Shown here in pieces: positions 19,074 through 28,376 of a DNA stretch of 39,963 nt. The notes beneath the pieces were generated by a model, which saw nothing but the letters and a program-made list of their open reading frames with translations, was not told the DNA's origin and ran no database searches. Location of the stretch: sequence record SRR2962707_1872; one strand, 5' to 3'. Both the position numbers and the translations under genes were made by a program. Numbering within the stretch: position 1 is the first letter of the stretch; every line of letters begins with the position of its first letter.

Positions 19074-20851
19074 TCGAGCCGACTGACTTGAACGACCCTG
19101 AATTGCGCAGCCGGGCTGTCGCGGCGGCTCAGGGCAAGTCTGCGTTTGATCTTCTGATCACCGGCGGCACGTTGGTTGATATGGTGACGCTAAGCACAAG
19201 GCGCGCCGATGTCGGCATCGTTGGGTCATTGATTGCAAGTGTGCATGCACCAGAAAGCAAGATCGCCTATTCGGCACATAAGGTCATTGACGCAAAAGGA
19301 ACCTATCTAAGTCCGGGCTTGATCGACATGCATATGCATGTGGAAAGTTCAATGATCATGCCGGATGAGTACAGTCGCCAGGTCTTGCCAAGGGGGGTGA
19401 CAACGGTTGTTTGGGATCCACATGAACTTGCCAATGTCGCAGGTATGGAGGGAATGGCCTTTGCGCTAAAGGCTGCCCACGCCGCCGCGATGCGGTTTCT
19501 GGTGCTTGCGCCGTCCTGCGTGCCCTCGGCGCCGGGATATGAAACAACAGGTGGTGATTTTGACGCCAATGTTCTGGAACAGCTCTTGGCGCGCGAAGAC
19601 ATCGTTGGCGTTGCAGAAGTCATGGCCATGCAGTCCGTACTGGACCGTGCCCCCCGCATGTCAGGTATTGTTCAGGCGGGGCTAACGGCGAAAAAACGGG
19701 TCTGTGGCCACGCCCGTGGATTGGAAGCCGACTCTTTGCAAGCCTATGTTGCGGCCGGAATCCAAACCGATCACGAACTGACTTCAGCAGCGGATTTGCT
19801 GGCAAAACTTCAATCTGGTCTAACCATCGAGCTGCGCGGGTCGCATGATCACCTGCTGCCTGAATTTGTCGGCGCGCTGAACACATTGGAAACCTTCCCG
19901 CAGACATTAACCCTATGTACAGATGACGTTTTCCCGAATGATTTGTATAAGGCTGGTGGGGTTGATGACGTTGTGCGCCGCTTGGTGCGCTATGGGTTGC
20001 CACCGATGAAAGCCTTGCAAGCAGCAACCTTTAACGCGGCCACACAGCTGGGTCGGCGTGACTTAGGTTTGATTGCGCCGGGGCGTCGTGCAGATATCGT
20101 GTTGTTCGAAGATTTGCAGGAATTTGTCGCCAAAGCCGTGCTTGTAAGTGGGGCGGTCCTCGGTGATTTGATCCCTAAAAAACGCGAGAGCTGTACAGAT
20201 TTTGAATACCCGGCGCTGCAAAACTCGGTCAAACTTCGGCATTTGAAACCCCAAGATTTCCAGATCAAAGCGACGGGCTCTTCTGTTCGTGTCGCGACCA
20301 TAAAGCGACCTCGGTTTACCGAATGGGGGGAGCGTGAAGTTGCAGTCGAAAACGGGTCTGTTGTCTGTCCGGACGATATGGCGCAAATGGCGATTGTGAA
20401 CCGCTTTGGCCGTTCAACACAGCCCCGCTTGGCGCTGTTAGAGGAATGGGGCACCTGGCGCGGTGTCTTTGCGACGACCGTCTCTCATGACAGCCATAAT
20501 TTAACTCTGTTTGGCACCGGGGCGGATGATATGGCCCTGGCGGCCAATACGGTCGCGGCCATGAGCGGCGGGCTGGCCGTCGTGTCAAAAGGGCAGGTTT
20601 TGGCGAAAATGCCTCTGACTTTTGGCGGATTGATGCAGGGCGGCTCTTTGCAAACCGCGTCTGATGAATTCGACGCGATTATTGCCAGCATGAACAAGAT
20701 TGTGGACTGGAAGCCGCCTTATCTTGTGTTCAAGGCCTGTTTCGGCGCATCGCTGGTCTGCAATGCCGGACCACATCTGAGCGACCTTGGAATTGTCGAT
20801 ACGTTTTCCGGCATAACTCTGGAAACACCGGTTCTTGCCCCGAGTAATTAA
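19070..20851 (+). CDS. ade: Adenine deaminase
   Basis: PGLIDMHMHVESSM, DPHE, PSCVP, GHA, DHE, CTDD, HDSHN motifs; 593 aa; ATGA overlap. Confidence 0.88.
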   Translation: MIEPTDLNDPELRSRAVAAAQGKSAFDLLITGGTLVDMVTLSTRRADVGIVGSLIASVHAPESKIAYSAHKVIDAKGTYLSPGLIDMHMHVESSMIMPDEYSRQVLPRGVTTVVWDPHELANVAGMEGMAFALKAAHAAAMRFLVLAPSCVPSAPGYETTGGDFDANVLEQLLAREDIVGVAEVMAMQSVLDRAPRMSGIVQAGLTAKKRVCGHARGLEADSLQAYVAAGIQTDHELTSAADLLAKLQSGLTIELRGSHDHLLPEFVGALNTLETFPQTLTLCTDDVFPNDLYKAGGVDDVVRRLVRYGLPPMKALQAATFNAATQLGRRDLGLIAPGRRADIVLFEDLQEFVAKAVLVSGAVLGDLIPKKRESCTDFEYPALQNSVKLRHLKPQDFQIKATGSSVRVATIKRPRFTEWGEREVAVENGSVVCPDDMAQMAIVNRFGRSTQPRLALLEEWGTWRGVFATTVSHDSHNLTLFGTGADDMALAANTVAAMSGGLAVVSKGQVLAKMPLTFGGLMQGGSLQTASDEFDAIIASMNKIVDWKPPYLVFKACFGASLVCNAGPHLSDLGIVDTFSGITLETPVLAPSN

Positions 20852-20940
20852 GAGTTTCAGTTGGGTTTGGCTACTTGCGCCCCTTAATAGGGAATTGCCA
20901 ACTAGTGTCTGAAGAATTGGTCCTCAGTGTGCTGACTCAT

Positions 20941-20976
20941 GAAAACGGAAAGAACGCGCCGTAAAAGGGCGCGTTC
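20941..20976 (-). terminator. Intrinsic terminator downstream of doeD (between convergent genes)
   Basis: Perfect 9-bp stem GAACGCGCC (20952-20960) / GGCGCGTTC (20968-20976); on the minus strand followed by TTTCCGTTTTC. Confidence 0.7.
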
Positions 20977-21028
20977 AAGGAAGTATTCGCGACGCATAAT
21001 CCGTGCTGCTGCGATAGCCCGATCTTGA

Positions 21029-22408
21029 TTAACCTAAAACCTGGGCGATTGACTCTTTCGTAACAGCCACGATCTCGTCCGCTTGATCTTTGGTGAGTGA
21101 GAATGGAGGGGCGAAACCGATGATATCGCCTTGAGGCATAGCCCGGGCAATCACACCGCGATCCAGCATTGCGGCGACAACACGGGGGGCCACTTTGTCA
21201 GCCGCGTCAAAAAACACGTGTTTGCCGCGATCACTTACCAATTCCACGGCGCACAGCATGCCTTCGCCGCGAATATCCCCCACGTTATTATGATTCCCAA
21301 GCGCGCTGGCCATCGCCGTATTCAGGTGGCTGCCGACATCCCCGGCATTACGCACAAGATCCAGCCGGTCCAGCAGTTTCAGGTTCGCGACACCAGCCGC
21401 AGCGCAAATAGGGTGTGCTGAGTATGTCCAACCATGACCGATTGGGCCGAATTCATCGGTGCCGCGCTCCAAAACCTCCCACATCCGGTCAGACACAATA
21501 GAGCCGGACAAAGGCGCATAGGCAGAGGTTAGACCTTTTGCGATGGTGATCAGATCGGGCTTTAGCCCAAAATGGTCAGACCCCATCATTGTGCCAAGAC
21601 GGCCAAACCCTGTGACCACTTCATCTGCAATCAACAGAATGTCATGTTTTCGCAGGATTTTTTGAATGGCGTCCCAATATCCTTGGGGCGGTGGGACAAT
21701 GCCGCCGGTTCCCAAAACGGGTTCACCGATAAAGGCCGCAATCGTATCGGCCCCTTCGCGTTCGATCAGCGCCTCAAGCTTTTCGGCGCAATCGGCCGAG
21801 AATTCGGCCTCGGTCATTGCGCGATCTTCTCGGCGGAAATAATAGGGGGCTTCGGTATGGATCACTTGGCTTAAAGGCAGGTCAAATTTTTTGTGGAACA
21901 GTTCAAGCCCGGTCAAAGACCCCGTAACAAGACCAGACCCGTGATAGCCGCGCCAGCGTGAGATGATCTTTTTCTTCTGAGGGCGGTTCAGGATATTGTT
22001 GTAGTACCAAACCAGTTTGATGTTCGTTTCATTGGCATCAGAACCGGATAGGCCATAGTAAACATGGTTCATCCCTTCGGGCGCGCGTTCCGCGATCATA
22101 TGCGACAAGGTGATGGAAGCTTCGGTCCCGTGTCCAACATATGAGTGGTAATAGGCGAGTTCCTGAGCTTGGGCGGCAATGGCATCGGAAATCTCGGTCC
22201 GACCATAACCTACGTTCACACAATAAAGACCGGCAAAGGCATCAAGGGAGCTTCGCCCTTCGCGGTCTGTGATGTAAACGCCATTTGCCTCTTTGATGAT
22301 CCGGTTGCCAATCTCTTTGCGGGCGAATTGGCCTAAATGAGTGGAGGGATGGAAAAAATGATCGTGATCCCATTGCGTTAATTGATCATTGGAAAACGTC
22401 TTGGCCAT
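21029..22408 (-). CDS. doeD: Class III PLP aminotransferase, L-2,4-diaminobutyrate transaminase of ectoine catabolism (DoeD/Atf)
   Basis: Start reassigned to ATG 22408 (GGAG SD). FFHPSTHL, DAFAGLYCVNVGYG, SGSDANE, ADEVVTGFGRLG, TIAKG; divergent from doeA-doeB. Confidence 0.78.
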   Translation of the reverse strand: MAKTFSNDQLTQWDHDHFFHPSTHLGQFARKEIGNRIIKEANGVYITDREGRSSLDAFAGLYCVNVGYGRTEISDAIAAQAQELAYYHSYVGHGTEASITLSHMIAERAPEGMNHVYYGLSGSDANETNIKLVWYYNNILNRPQKKKIISRWRGYHGSGLVTGSLTGLELFHKKFDLPLSQVIHTEAPYYFRREDRAMTEAEFSADCAEKLEALIEREGADTIAAFIGEPVLGTGGIVPPPQGYWDAIQKILRKHDILLIADEVVTGFGRLGTMMGSDHFGLKPDLITIAKGLTSAYAPLSGSIVSDRMWEVLERGTDEFGPIGHGWTYSAHPICAAAGVANLKLLDRLDLVRNAGDVGSHLNTAMASALGNHNNVGDIRGEGMLCAVELVSDRGKHVFFDAADKVAPRVVAAMLDRGVIARAMPQGDIIGFAPPFSLTKDQADEIVAVTKESIAQVLG

Positions 22409-22609
22409 AGAAAGCTCCACTCTTAAGAACTGGGAATTGCCCCATTTGATCAAAGCCTATTTTATTCTCTCGGCGGTCAATAGCCCTAACGCGACAAAAC
22501 ACGTGCCGTAAATAGACCATCTGTGTCGCTATCCGACATGTCAGACCTGTGCGAAGCAGCGAGGTTTGACAGGTAGCGTCACGTCAAACTGGAAGGCTCC
22601 GATCCCATA

Positions 22610-23794
22610 ATGACGACACAGGAAGCAAACTTTACAACGCAAGAATACCATCAACGGATTGCCAAGACCCGGCGCGCCATGGCCGAAGTCGGACTGGATG
22701 CGATTTTTGTGACAGATCCTTCGAATATGTCCTGGTTGTCGGGCTATGATGGCTGGTCTTTTTACGTCCACCAAGGGGTTCTTTTGACATTGGACGGTGA
22801 CCCCATTTGGTGGGGGCGCGCGATGGACACATTAGGGGCACGTCGAACAGTGTTCATGGCCGACGAAGACAAGATCCAGGGCTATGATGACACCTTCGTT
22901 CAGAACCCGGACAAACACCCGATGCAAGAATTGGCAGGCTTGTTGGCAGAACTCGGTTTGGAGACGTCTTGCATCGGCGTTGAGATGGACAACTATTATT
23001 ATACCGCCTCCGCCCATGCGACGCTGACCGATGGACTGAAAGAGGCTAGATTTCAGGATGCTACCGGATTGGTAAATTGGCAACGCGCTGTAAAGTCTGA
23101 GCAAGAGATCCAGTACATGCGTCGCGCGGCCCGAATTGTGGAAACCATGCATGCCCGTATCGTAGAGCTCGCGGAGCCGGGATTGCGCAAAAATGAATTG
23201 ATTGCAGAGATTTACGCATCGGGTATTCGCGGGGCAGATGGGCATTGGGGCGATTACCCGGCCATTGTGCCGATGGCGCCTTCGGGCCTTGATGCCACAG
23301 CGCCGCATCTCACATGGGACGACCGCCCCATGTTGACCGGAGAGGCGACATTCTTTGAAATCGCCGGCGCGCATCGACGCTATCAATGCCCGCAATCGCG
23401 GACCTTGTTTCTGGGCGAGGTGCCTCAAAAATATCTGGATGCTGAGGCCGCCGTTTTAGACGCGATTGAGGCGGGTCTGGAGCAAGCCAAGCCCGGCAAT
23501 CAGTCCCAGGACATTGCGACCGCATTTAACAGCACTTTAAACAAAGCCGGTTTCGAAAAAGACAGCCGCTGCGGTTATGCGATCGGGATCAGTTATCCGC
23601 CGGATTGGGGCGAAAGGACAATCTCGTTTCGCCGGGGCGATACGACGGTTTTGGAATCGGGGATGACCTTCCACTTTATGCCCGCTCTTTGGTTAGAGGA
23701 CGGAGGACTTGAAATCACCGAGCCAATCTTGATCACTGAGGCGGGCCATGAATGTCTGTGCAACACACCGCGAAAACTGGTGGTCAAGGCATGA
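22610..23794 (+). CDS. doeA: Ectoine hydrolase DoeA/EutD (M24 fold)
   Basis: DPSNMSWLSGYDGWSFYVHQ, GDYPAIVP, APHLTW, GISYPPDWGERT, MTFHFMPALW are characteristic of EutD/DoeA. Confidence 0.92.
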   Translation: MTTQEANFTTQEYHQRIAKTRRAMAEVGLDAIFVTDPSNMSWLSGYDGWSFYVHQGVLLTLDGDPIWWGRAMDTLGARRTVFMADEDKIQGYDDTFVQNPDKHPMQELAGLLAELGLETSCIGVEMDNYYYTASAHATLTDGLKEARFQDATGLVNWQRAVKSEQEIQYMRRAARIVETMHARIVELAEPGLRKNELIAEIYASGIRGADGHWGDYPAIVPMAPSGLDATAPHLTWDDRPMLTGEATFFEIAGAHRRYQCPQSRTLFLGEVPQKYLDAEAAVLDAIEAGLEQAKPGNQSQDIATAFNSTLNKAGFEKDSRCGYAIGISYPPDWGERTISFRRGDTTVLESGMTFHFMPALWLEDGGLEITEPILITEAGHECLCNTPRKLVVKA

Positions 23795-24780
23795 GCACCA
23801 ATCCGATTACCCCGACCATCCCCTTGGATGCGCAAGGCGTGCATCATGGCTTTCTTAAACTGCCCTATAGCCGCAATGACAGCGCCTGGGGATCGGTGAT
23901 GATCCCGATTACGGTGATTGCCAATGGGGAGGGACCAACCGCACTGTTGACCGGGGCCAATCACGGCGATGAATACGAAGGCCCCATTGGTCTGCAAAAC
24001 CTTGCTGTGTCGCTCAAGCCCGAAGATATCAACGGGCGGGTCATTATTCTGCCCATGATGAATCTACCGGCGTTTTCGGCGGGGGTGCGGTGTTCGCCCA
24101 TTGATGACGCCAATATGAACCGCAGCTTTCCGGGGCGTCTTGATGGCACGGTGACGCAAAAGATCTGCCATTACGTGGCGCGTGAACTGGTGCCTCTGGC
24201 GGATTATGTCCTCGATTTTCATTCCGGCGGGCGCACCCTGGATTTTCTTCCTTTCGCCGCGGCCCATATATTGGACGACAAAATGCAGGAAGCGGCCTGT
24301 ATGGCGGCCATGCAAGCGTTCAACGCACCGTTTTCGGTGCGCATGCTGGAAATCGACAATGTCGGCATGTTTGATACAGAGGTCGAATCTCAGGGCAAGG
24401 TGTTCGTTACCACCGAACTTGGCGGTGCAGGAACTGCCACCGCGCGAACCAATGCCATCGCGCATCGCGGCATTCGGAATTTCTTGGTTCATGCGGGGAT
24501 ATTGACCGGAGACATGGATCAGACGCCTACAGTGCAGCTGGACATGCCGGATGAACGTTGCTTTGTCTTTGCCGAACATGCCGGGTTGGTGGAATATCTG
24601 GTCGATCTTGGAGACGCAGTGAAAACCGATCAAGTGATTGCGCAGATATGGCCAAGCGATCGGACAGGGGAACTCCCCAAGCTTTGCCGGGCAGGGTGCG
24701 ATGGGATATTGACGGCCCGACATACGCCGGGTCTGATCAAGGTCGGAGACTTTGCAGGATTGATCGCTGTACCGGTCTAA
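23791..24780 (+). CDS. doeB: N-alpha-acetyl-L-2,4-diaminobutyrate deacetylase DoeB/EutE
   Basis: Start ATG 23791 overlapping the doeA stop; LPYSRNDSAWGSVMIP, NHGDEYEG, NRSFPG, DFHSGG, TTELGG. Confidence 0.92.
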   Translation: MSTNPITPTIPLDAQGVHHGFLKLPYSRNDSAWGSVMIPITVIANGEGPTALLTGANHGDEYEGPIGLQNLAVSLKPEDINGRVIILPMMNLPAFSAGVRCSPIDDANMNRSFPGRLDGTVTQKICHYVARELVPLADYVLDFHSGGRTLDFLPFAAAHILDDKMQEAACMAAMQAFNAPFSVRMLEIDNVGMFDTEVESQGKVFVTTELGGAGTATARTNAIAHRGIRNFLVHAGILTGDMDQTPTVQLDMPDERCFVFAEHAGLVEYLVDLGDAVKTDQVIAQIWPSDRTGELPKLCRAGCDGILTARHTPGLIKVGDFAGLIAVPV

Positions 24781-24925
24781 TGAAGGGGCATGGCAGAGTT
24801 TGGACGATCCCTTGCCTGAAGTGGGTTTCGATGCCTCAGTCAAATTGCCCAGTTTTCCCCCTGAGTTCGGTCAAAAGCGTATTAAATTTTCTTTCCAATA
24901 CAATGGTTTGCTTTCTGAAGCCCCT

Positions 24926-25567
24926 CTATGATTTAGAGGACGATGTGATCTCTGCTAGCGAGGCCAGGATCGCATTGGTGATGCGCTGAATGTCAGAAGA
25001 CGAGGTTGGTTTCTGCTGGATGACAATGCGCCAATACAGCGGCGCGATCAAAAGATCCAAGACCAATTCAAAGCTCACGTCCCGCGACAATTCTTTGCGT
25101 TCAACAGCGCGGTCAAGGATGACCATCGCTTGGGCGCGACGGTCTTTCGTAACCTTTTCCAGTAAGGTTGCGAGTTCGCTCGAACGCGCTTTCTCTGCAT
25201 GCATATCCGGCAATATCCGTCGGACAAGCCGATGGCGCAGAACTATGGCCAATCGTTTTATCAAGGCCTGAATATCCGCTGCAAAACTGCCTGAGTCGGG
25301 CATCGGAGTGATGCTCACGGCCGTTGCATCAAGAGCCTGTGTGACCAGGTCATGTTTGCCTTTGTAGCGCCGATACAGGGCAGCCTTACCAACACCCGCC
25401 CGCGCCGCAATCCGGTCCATGCGCAACGCGGCATATCCGGTTTCGGCCCACTCTTCAAAACACGCACGATGCAATGCCTGCGTTACGGAAGGCTGGAGCA
25501 GGGCCGCCCCCGCAACTTTTCGTACCGGTTTTCCCGACTTACCTTCGTCGGAACTCTTGTGTTCCAT
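24926..25567 (-). CDS. TetR/AcrR-family regulator
   Basis: GYAALRMDRIAARAGVGKAALYRRY HTH; PDSGSF..D and APLYWR C-terminal motifs; AAGGA SD. Confidence 0.9.
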   Translation of the reverse strand: MEHKSSDEGKSGKPVRKVAGAALLQPSVTQALHRACFEEWAETGYAALRMDRIAARAGVGKAALYRRYKGKHDLVTQALDATAVSITPMPDSGSFAADIQALIKRLAIVLRHRLVRRILPDMHAEKARSSELATLLEKVTKDRRAQAMVILDRAVERKELSRDVSFELVLDLLIAPLYWRIVIQQKPTSSSDIQRITNAILASLAEITSSSKS

Positions 25568-25580
25568 CGTTCATTTCCTT

Positions 25581-25614
25581 AGTTACGTCGAGACTCACGG
25601 GTTTCGACGTAACT
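25581..25614. promoter_or_regulatory. Long inverted repeat, likely TetR operator
   Basis: Perfect 11-bp arms AGTTACGTCGA / TCGACGTAACT with a 12-nt spacer, 13 nt upstream of the tetR ATG in the divergent gap. Confidence 0.72.
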
Positions 25615-25778
25615 TACCTCGTGAAGGATTTAAAACAACCGCATTCACAGGATGAAAGCCAGACCGCGGCGTGGCCCCAGAGACTTGGACCGCAGAACCT
25701 AAAGGAGGTCATGGGTTGAAACGTCAGAGCCACAAGATGGCAATCGCGTCTCAGGCCATTGGAACAACAGGAGAAAAC

Positions 25779-26240
25779 ATGAAATCGAACGACAGGATAC
25801 CGAGTTTCGGGCAGATGATCCGGATGGCCTTGGGAGAGGCCATTGCCAAAGGCGCCGGTAATGATTTTTTGAGCATGTGTGCGCAGGACGTTGTTTTCCG
25901 ATTTCCATTCGCACCTGCGGGCACCGTAACCGAAGTGCGCGGGTTAGAAAAACTAACCGCTTATATCCGGGGCGTTGCCGGGCTTATTGCCTTCGACAGT
26001 TTGAGCCCGCCTATCGTGCATACTTCACAGGACGGACAGACATTCACAGTCGAGTTCACATGCAAGGGGCATTGCCGGGTAACTCAGCGGCCGTACGACC
26101 AAAGCTATATCTCGATCATCCGCTGTCAAAACGGCAAAATCGTTGAATACCGCGACTATTGGAACCCGCTCATCCTTTTGAGCGCGGTTGATGGGGTGAA
26201 CACTCTACAAACATCTCTATCGGAGTTTATCGATGACTAA
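25779..26240 (+). CDS. SnoaL-like / NTF2-family protein (PhzA/B-like fold)
   Basis: DVVFRFPFAP, PYDQSYI, GKIVEYRDYWNP; AGGAG SD before ATG 25779; alternative in-frame TTG 25716. Confidence 0.85.
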   Translation: MKSNDRIPSFGQMIRMALGEAIAKGAGNDFLSMCAQDVVFRFPFAPAGTVTEVRGLEKLTAYIRGVAGLIAFDSLSPPIVHTSQDGQTFTVEFTCKGHCRVTQRPYDQSYISIIRCQNGKIVEYRDYWNPLILLSAVDGVNTLQTSLSEFIDD

Positions 26241-27069
26241 GAAAATTCTTGTAACTGGTGGGACTGGGAAAACGGGCAGCCGCGTCGCAAAATTGCTTCC
26301 TTTACAGGGGGCCAAAGCGGTTGTCGGCACCCGGCGCCCTGTAAGCGACGAGGACATTCGTTTTGATTGGAAAGACGACACAAGCTTTGGACCTGCGTTT
26401 AAGGGCGTTGATGCCATGTATCTGGTTGCGCCCACGGATGATTTTGACTCGCTCGGCGCGATGCAAGCTGGATTGAACGCAGCGCAACAAGCGGGCGTTC
26501 CGCGGTTCGTCTTGCTCAGCGCATCCTCTTTGGAAGAAGGTGGCCCGATGATGGGCGCTGTGCATGCGTGGCTAAGGCATAACGCTTCGGAATGGGCCGT
26601 TTTGCGGCCATCTTGGTTTATGCAGAACTTTTCCGAAGTCCAACATCTGGCACCAATTCGGGATGAGAGTAGCATTTTTACTGCCACAAAAACCGGCCGG
26701 GCTGGGTTTATTGACGCCGCAGACATAGCGGCTTGCGCCGCTGTGTTACTGAGCGCCGCTGAAATTGAAAATACGGATCACGTTATCACCGGTCCGGAGG
26801 CGCTGTCCTACGATGATGTGGCAACGGTTTTATCCCGTCATTTGAAACGGACTGTGCGCCATGAAAAGCTGAGCGTTCCAGGTATGACAGCGCGTTTCGA
26901 AAGTCTGGGTTTGCCAAGGGATTACGCCGTTGCCTTGGCCGGTATGGACGACGCGGTCGCAAACGGCTCTGAAGACCGCGTGACAGAGAACGTCCAATTG
27001 ATTACCGGACTCGCGCCCAAAAGCCTCGACCAATTTGTGGCTGAAAACCTGCATGTGTGGAACGCTTAG
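26233..27069 (+). CDS. NmrA-like NAD(P)-binding oxidoreductase, EasG (ergot alkaloid reductase)-like
   Basis: VTGGTGKTGSRV, RFDW, GGPMMG.VH, LRPSWFMQNF, FIDAADIA, GSEDRVT; overlaps the SnoaL gene by 8 nt. Confidence 0.8.
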   Translation: MTKKILVTGGTGKTGSRVAKLLPLQGAKAVVGTRRPVSDEDIRFDWKDDTSFGPAFKGVDAMYLVAPTDDFDSLGAMQAGLNAAQQAGVPRFVLLSASSLEEGGPMMGAVHAWLRHNASEWAVLRPSWFMQNFSEVQHLAPIRDESSIFTATKTGRAGFIDAADIAACAAVLLSAAEIENTDHVITGPEALSYDDVATVLSRHLKRTVRHEKLSVPGMTARFESLGLPRDYAVALAGMDDAVANGSEDRVTENVQLITGLAPKSLDQFVAENLHVWNA

Positions 27070-27345
27070 ACGAATAACTTTATGAAATCAGTCGTTGGCA
27101 ATGGGTAGTTGACGGCTGGTTTTAGGTTTGTTTGCCTTCGTTTTGTCCCGCCCGAATTTGGCGTAAATGGCCAAGGAGCATCATCCGGAAGAGATGACAC
27201 CGAATTACAGACGGGAATTTTATTAACCAATTCGGTGCTCTCCCATGTCTATTATTACGGTTGCAAAATAGCCGTTGGTCAAAGGATCGGGCAGGGCGCC
27301 CTGGTGGGCTTTCGGTTTGCGTCGTTTTCGTCCTGCGACCATGCC

Positions 27346-28242
27346 CTACACGCCCAAGCTGACAAGGCTTTCCTCAAAGGCTTTCATGAAATCTAACGTG
27401 ACCATAGAGGGCGTTTTGTGGATCGGGCGCACTAAAGACAGTTGGTGGGCGACATCCGCTGAAAACGGGCGATAGTCCAACCGCCCTTCATAGCTGCGTG
27501 CATCCAGTTCACTGACAATAGAGACGCCAACCCCAAGGGCCACAAGTTCGCAGGCTGCCGTAAACTGACGGGTTTCCACGATGGGATTTGGGTTTACTGA
27601 ATACTTGTGAAAGACATCTGTCAGCGCCTGATAGAACTTGCTGTCGCGCCGCGTGTGAATAAGCCGTTCATTCTCCAAATCTTGGGGCTTTACGTCCCGC
27701 AGATCCGAGAACCGGTGGCCAAAGGGAAATATACAAACCGTTCTGATATTAACGCTGGTGCTGTCAATGGCGGGGTGATCGTCAAAACTGTCGGTGATTC
27801 CACAATCATATTGTTCTCCGATGATCCATTCTAGGATTCGTTCCGGGCGATCCGGTTCAATTGTGATTGTGACGGCTGGCCGGGCCTCTAAGAAACTGGA
27901 CACCACGGCGGGCAAATGACTGGTCGCAAAACCGGGCAGACAGGCGACCCGTAAGTGGCCGGCGGTGCGTGCATTCAGATTGTGGCTGGTGTCTGAGATA
28001 TGGTCCATCATTTCAAGAACGCGGCCGATGTCGGGCAAAATATACCGCGCTTCTTGTGTCGCAACTAAACGGCCATCTCTGCGCTCTAGCAGGGAAAATC
28101 CTAACTGCTCGGATAGATCCGCGATCAAGCGGCTAACGGCGGGCTGTGAAATATCAAGGTCTTTGGCAGCGCGTGTCATTGATCCGTTTTCGGCAACAGA
28201 TTTAAGCGCTTCAAGCTGCCGAAGTCTAGGTTTTGTGCGCAT
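27346..28242 (-). CDS. LysR-family regulator
   Basis: LRQLEAL..VAENGSMTRAA..L.ISQPAVSR HTH; LVALGVGVSIV; 298 aa; divergent from ugpB. Confidence 0.92.
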   Translation of the reverse strand: MRTKPRLRQLEALKSVAENGSMTRAAKDLDISQPAVSRLIADLSEQLGFSLLERRDGRLVATQEARYILPDIGRVLEMMDHISDTSHNLNARTAGHLRVACLPGFATSHLPAVVSSFLEARPAVTITIEPDRPERILEWIIGEQYDCGITDSFDDHPAIDSTSVNIRTVCIFPFGHRFSDLRDVKPQDLENERLIHTRRDSKFYQALTDVFHKYSVNPNPIVETRQFTAACELVALGVGVSIVSELDARSYEGRLDYRPFSADVAHQLSLVRPIHKTPSMVTLDFMKAFEESLVSLGV

Positions 28243-28264
28243 GGGAAGTCCTTCGGTTTACCTA

Positions 28265-28281
28265 TATAACATTGTGTTATA
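28265..28281. promoter_or_regulatory. LysR recognition box (T-N11-A)
   Basis: Perfect dyad TATAACA-TTG-TGTTATA, 22 nt upstream of the lysR ATG; T28267-N11-A28279. Confidence 0.72.
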
Positions 28282-28376
28282 ATGCTGCATGTGAAGATAG
28301 TCTTGCATTATTTAGGTTCCGGGATAATGTCTTGAGCGACTGCTGATAAAAAGTCGGCAATATCTGGGAGGATACC

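Noticed and set aside
22610..23794. Xaa-Pro peptidase or creatinase
   Set aside because: The M24 fold is shared, but sequence motifs and coupling to doeB identify ectoine hydrolase.
25779..27069. Phenazine or ergot alkaloid biosynthetic cluster
   Set aside because: Only fold-level similarity; no phzCDEFG, prenyltransferase, NRPS or PKS genes.
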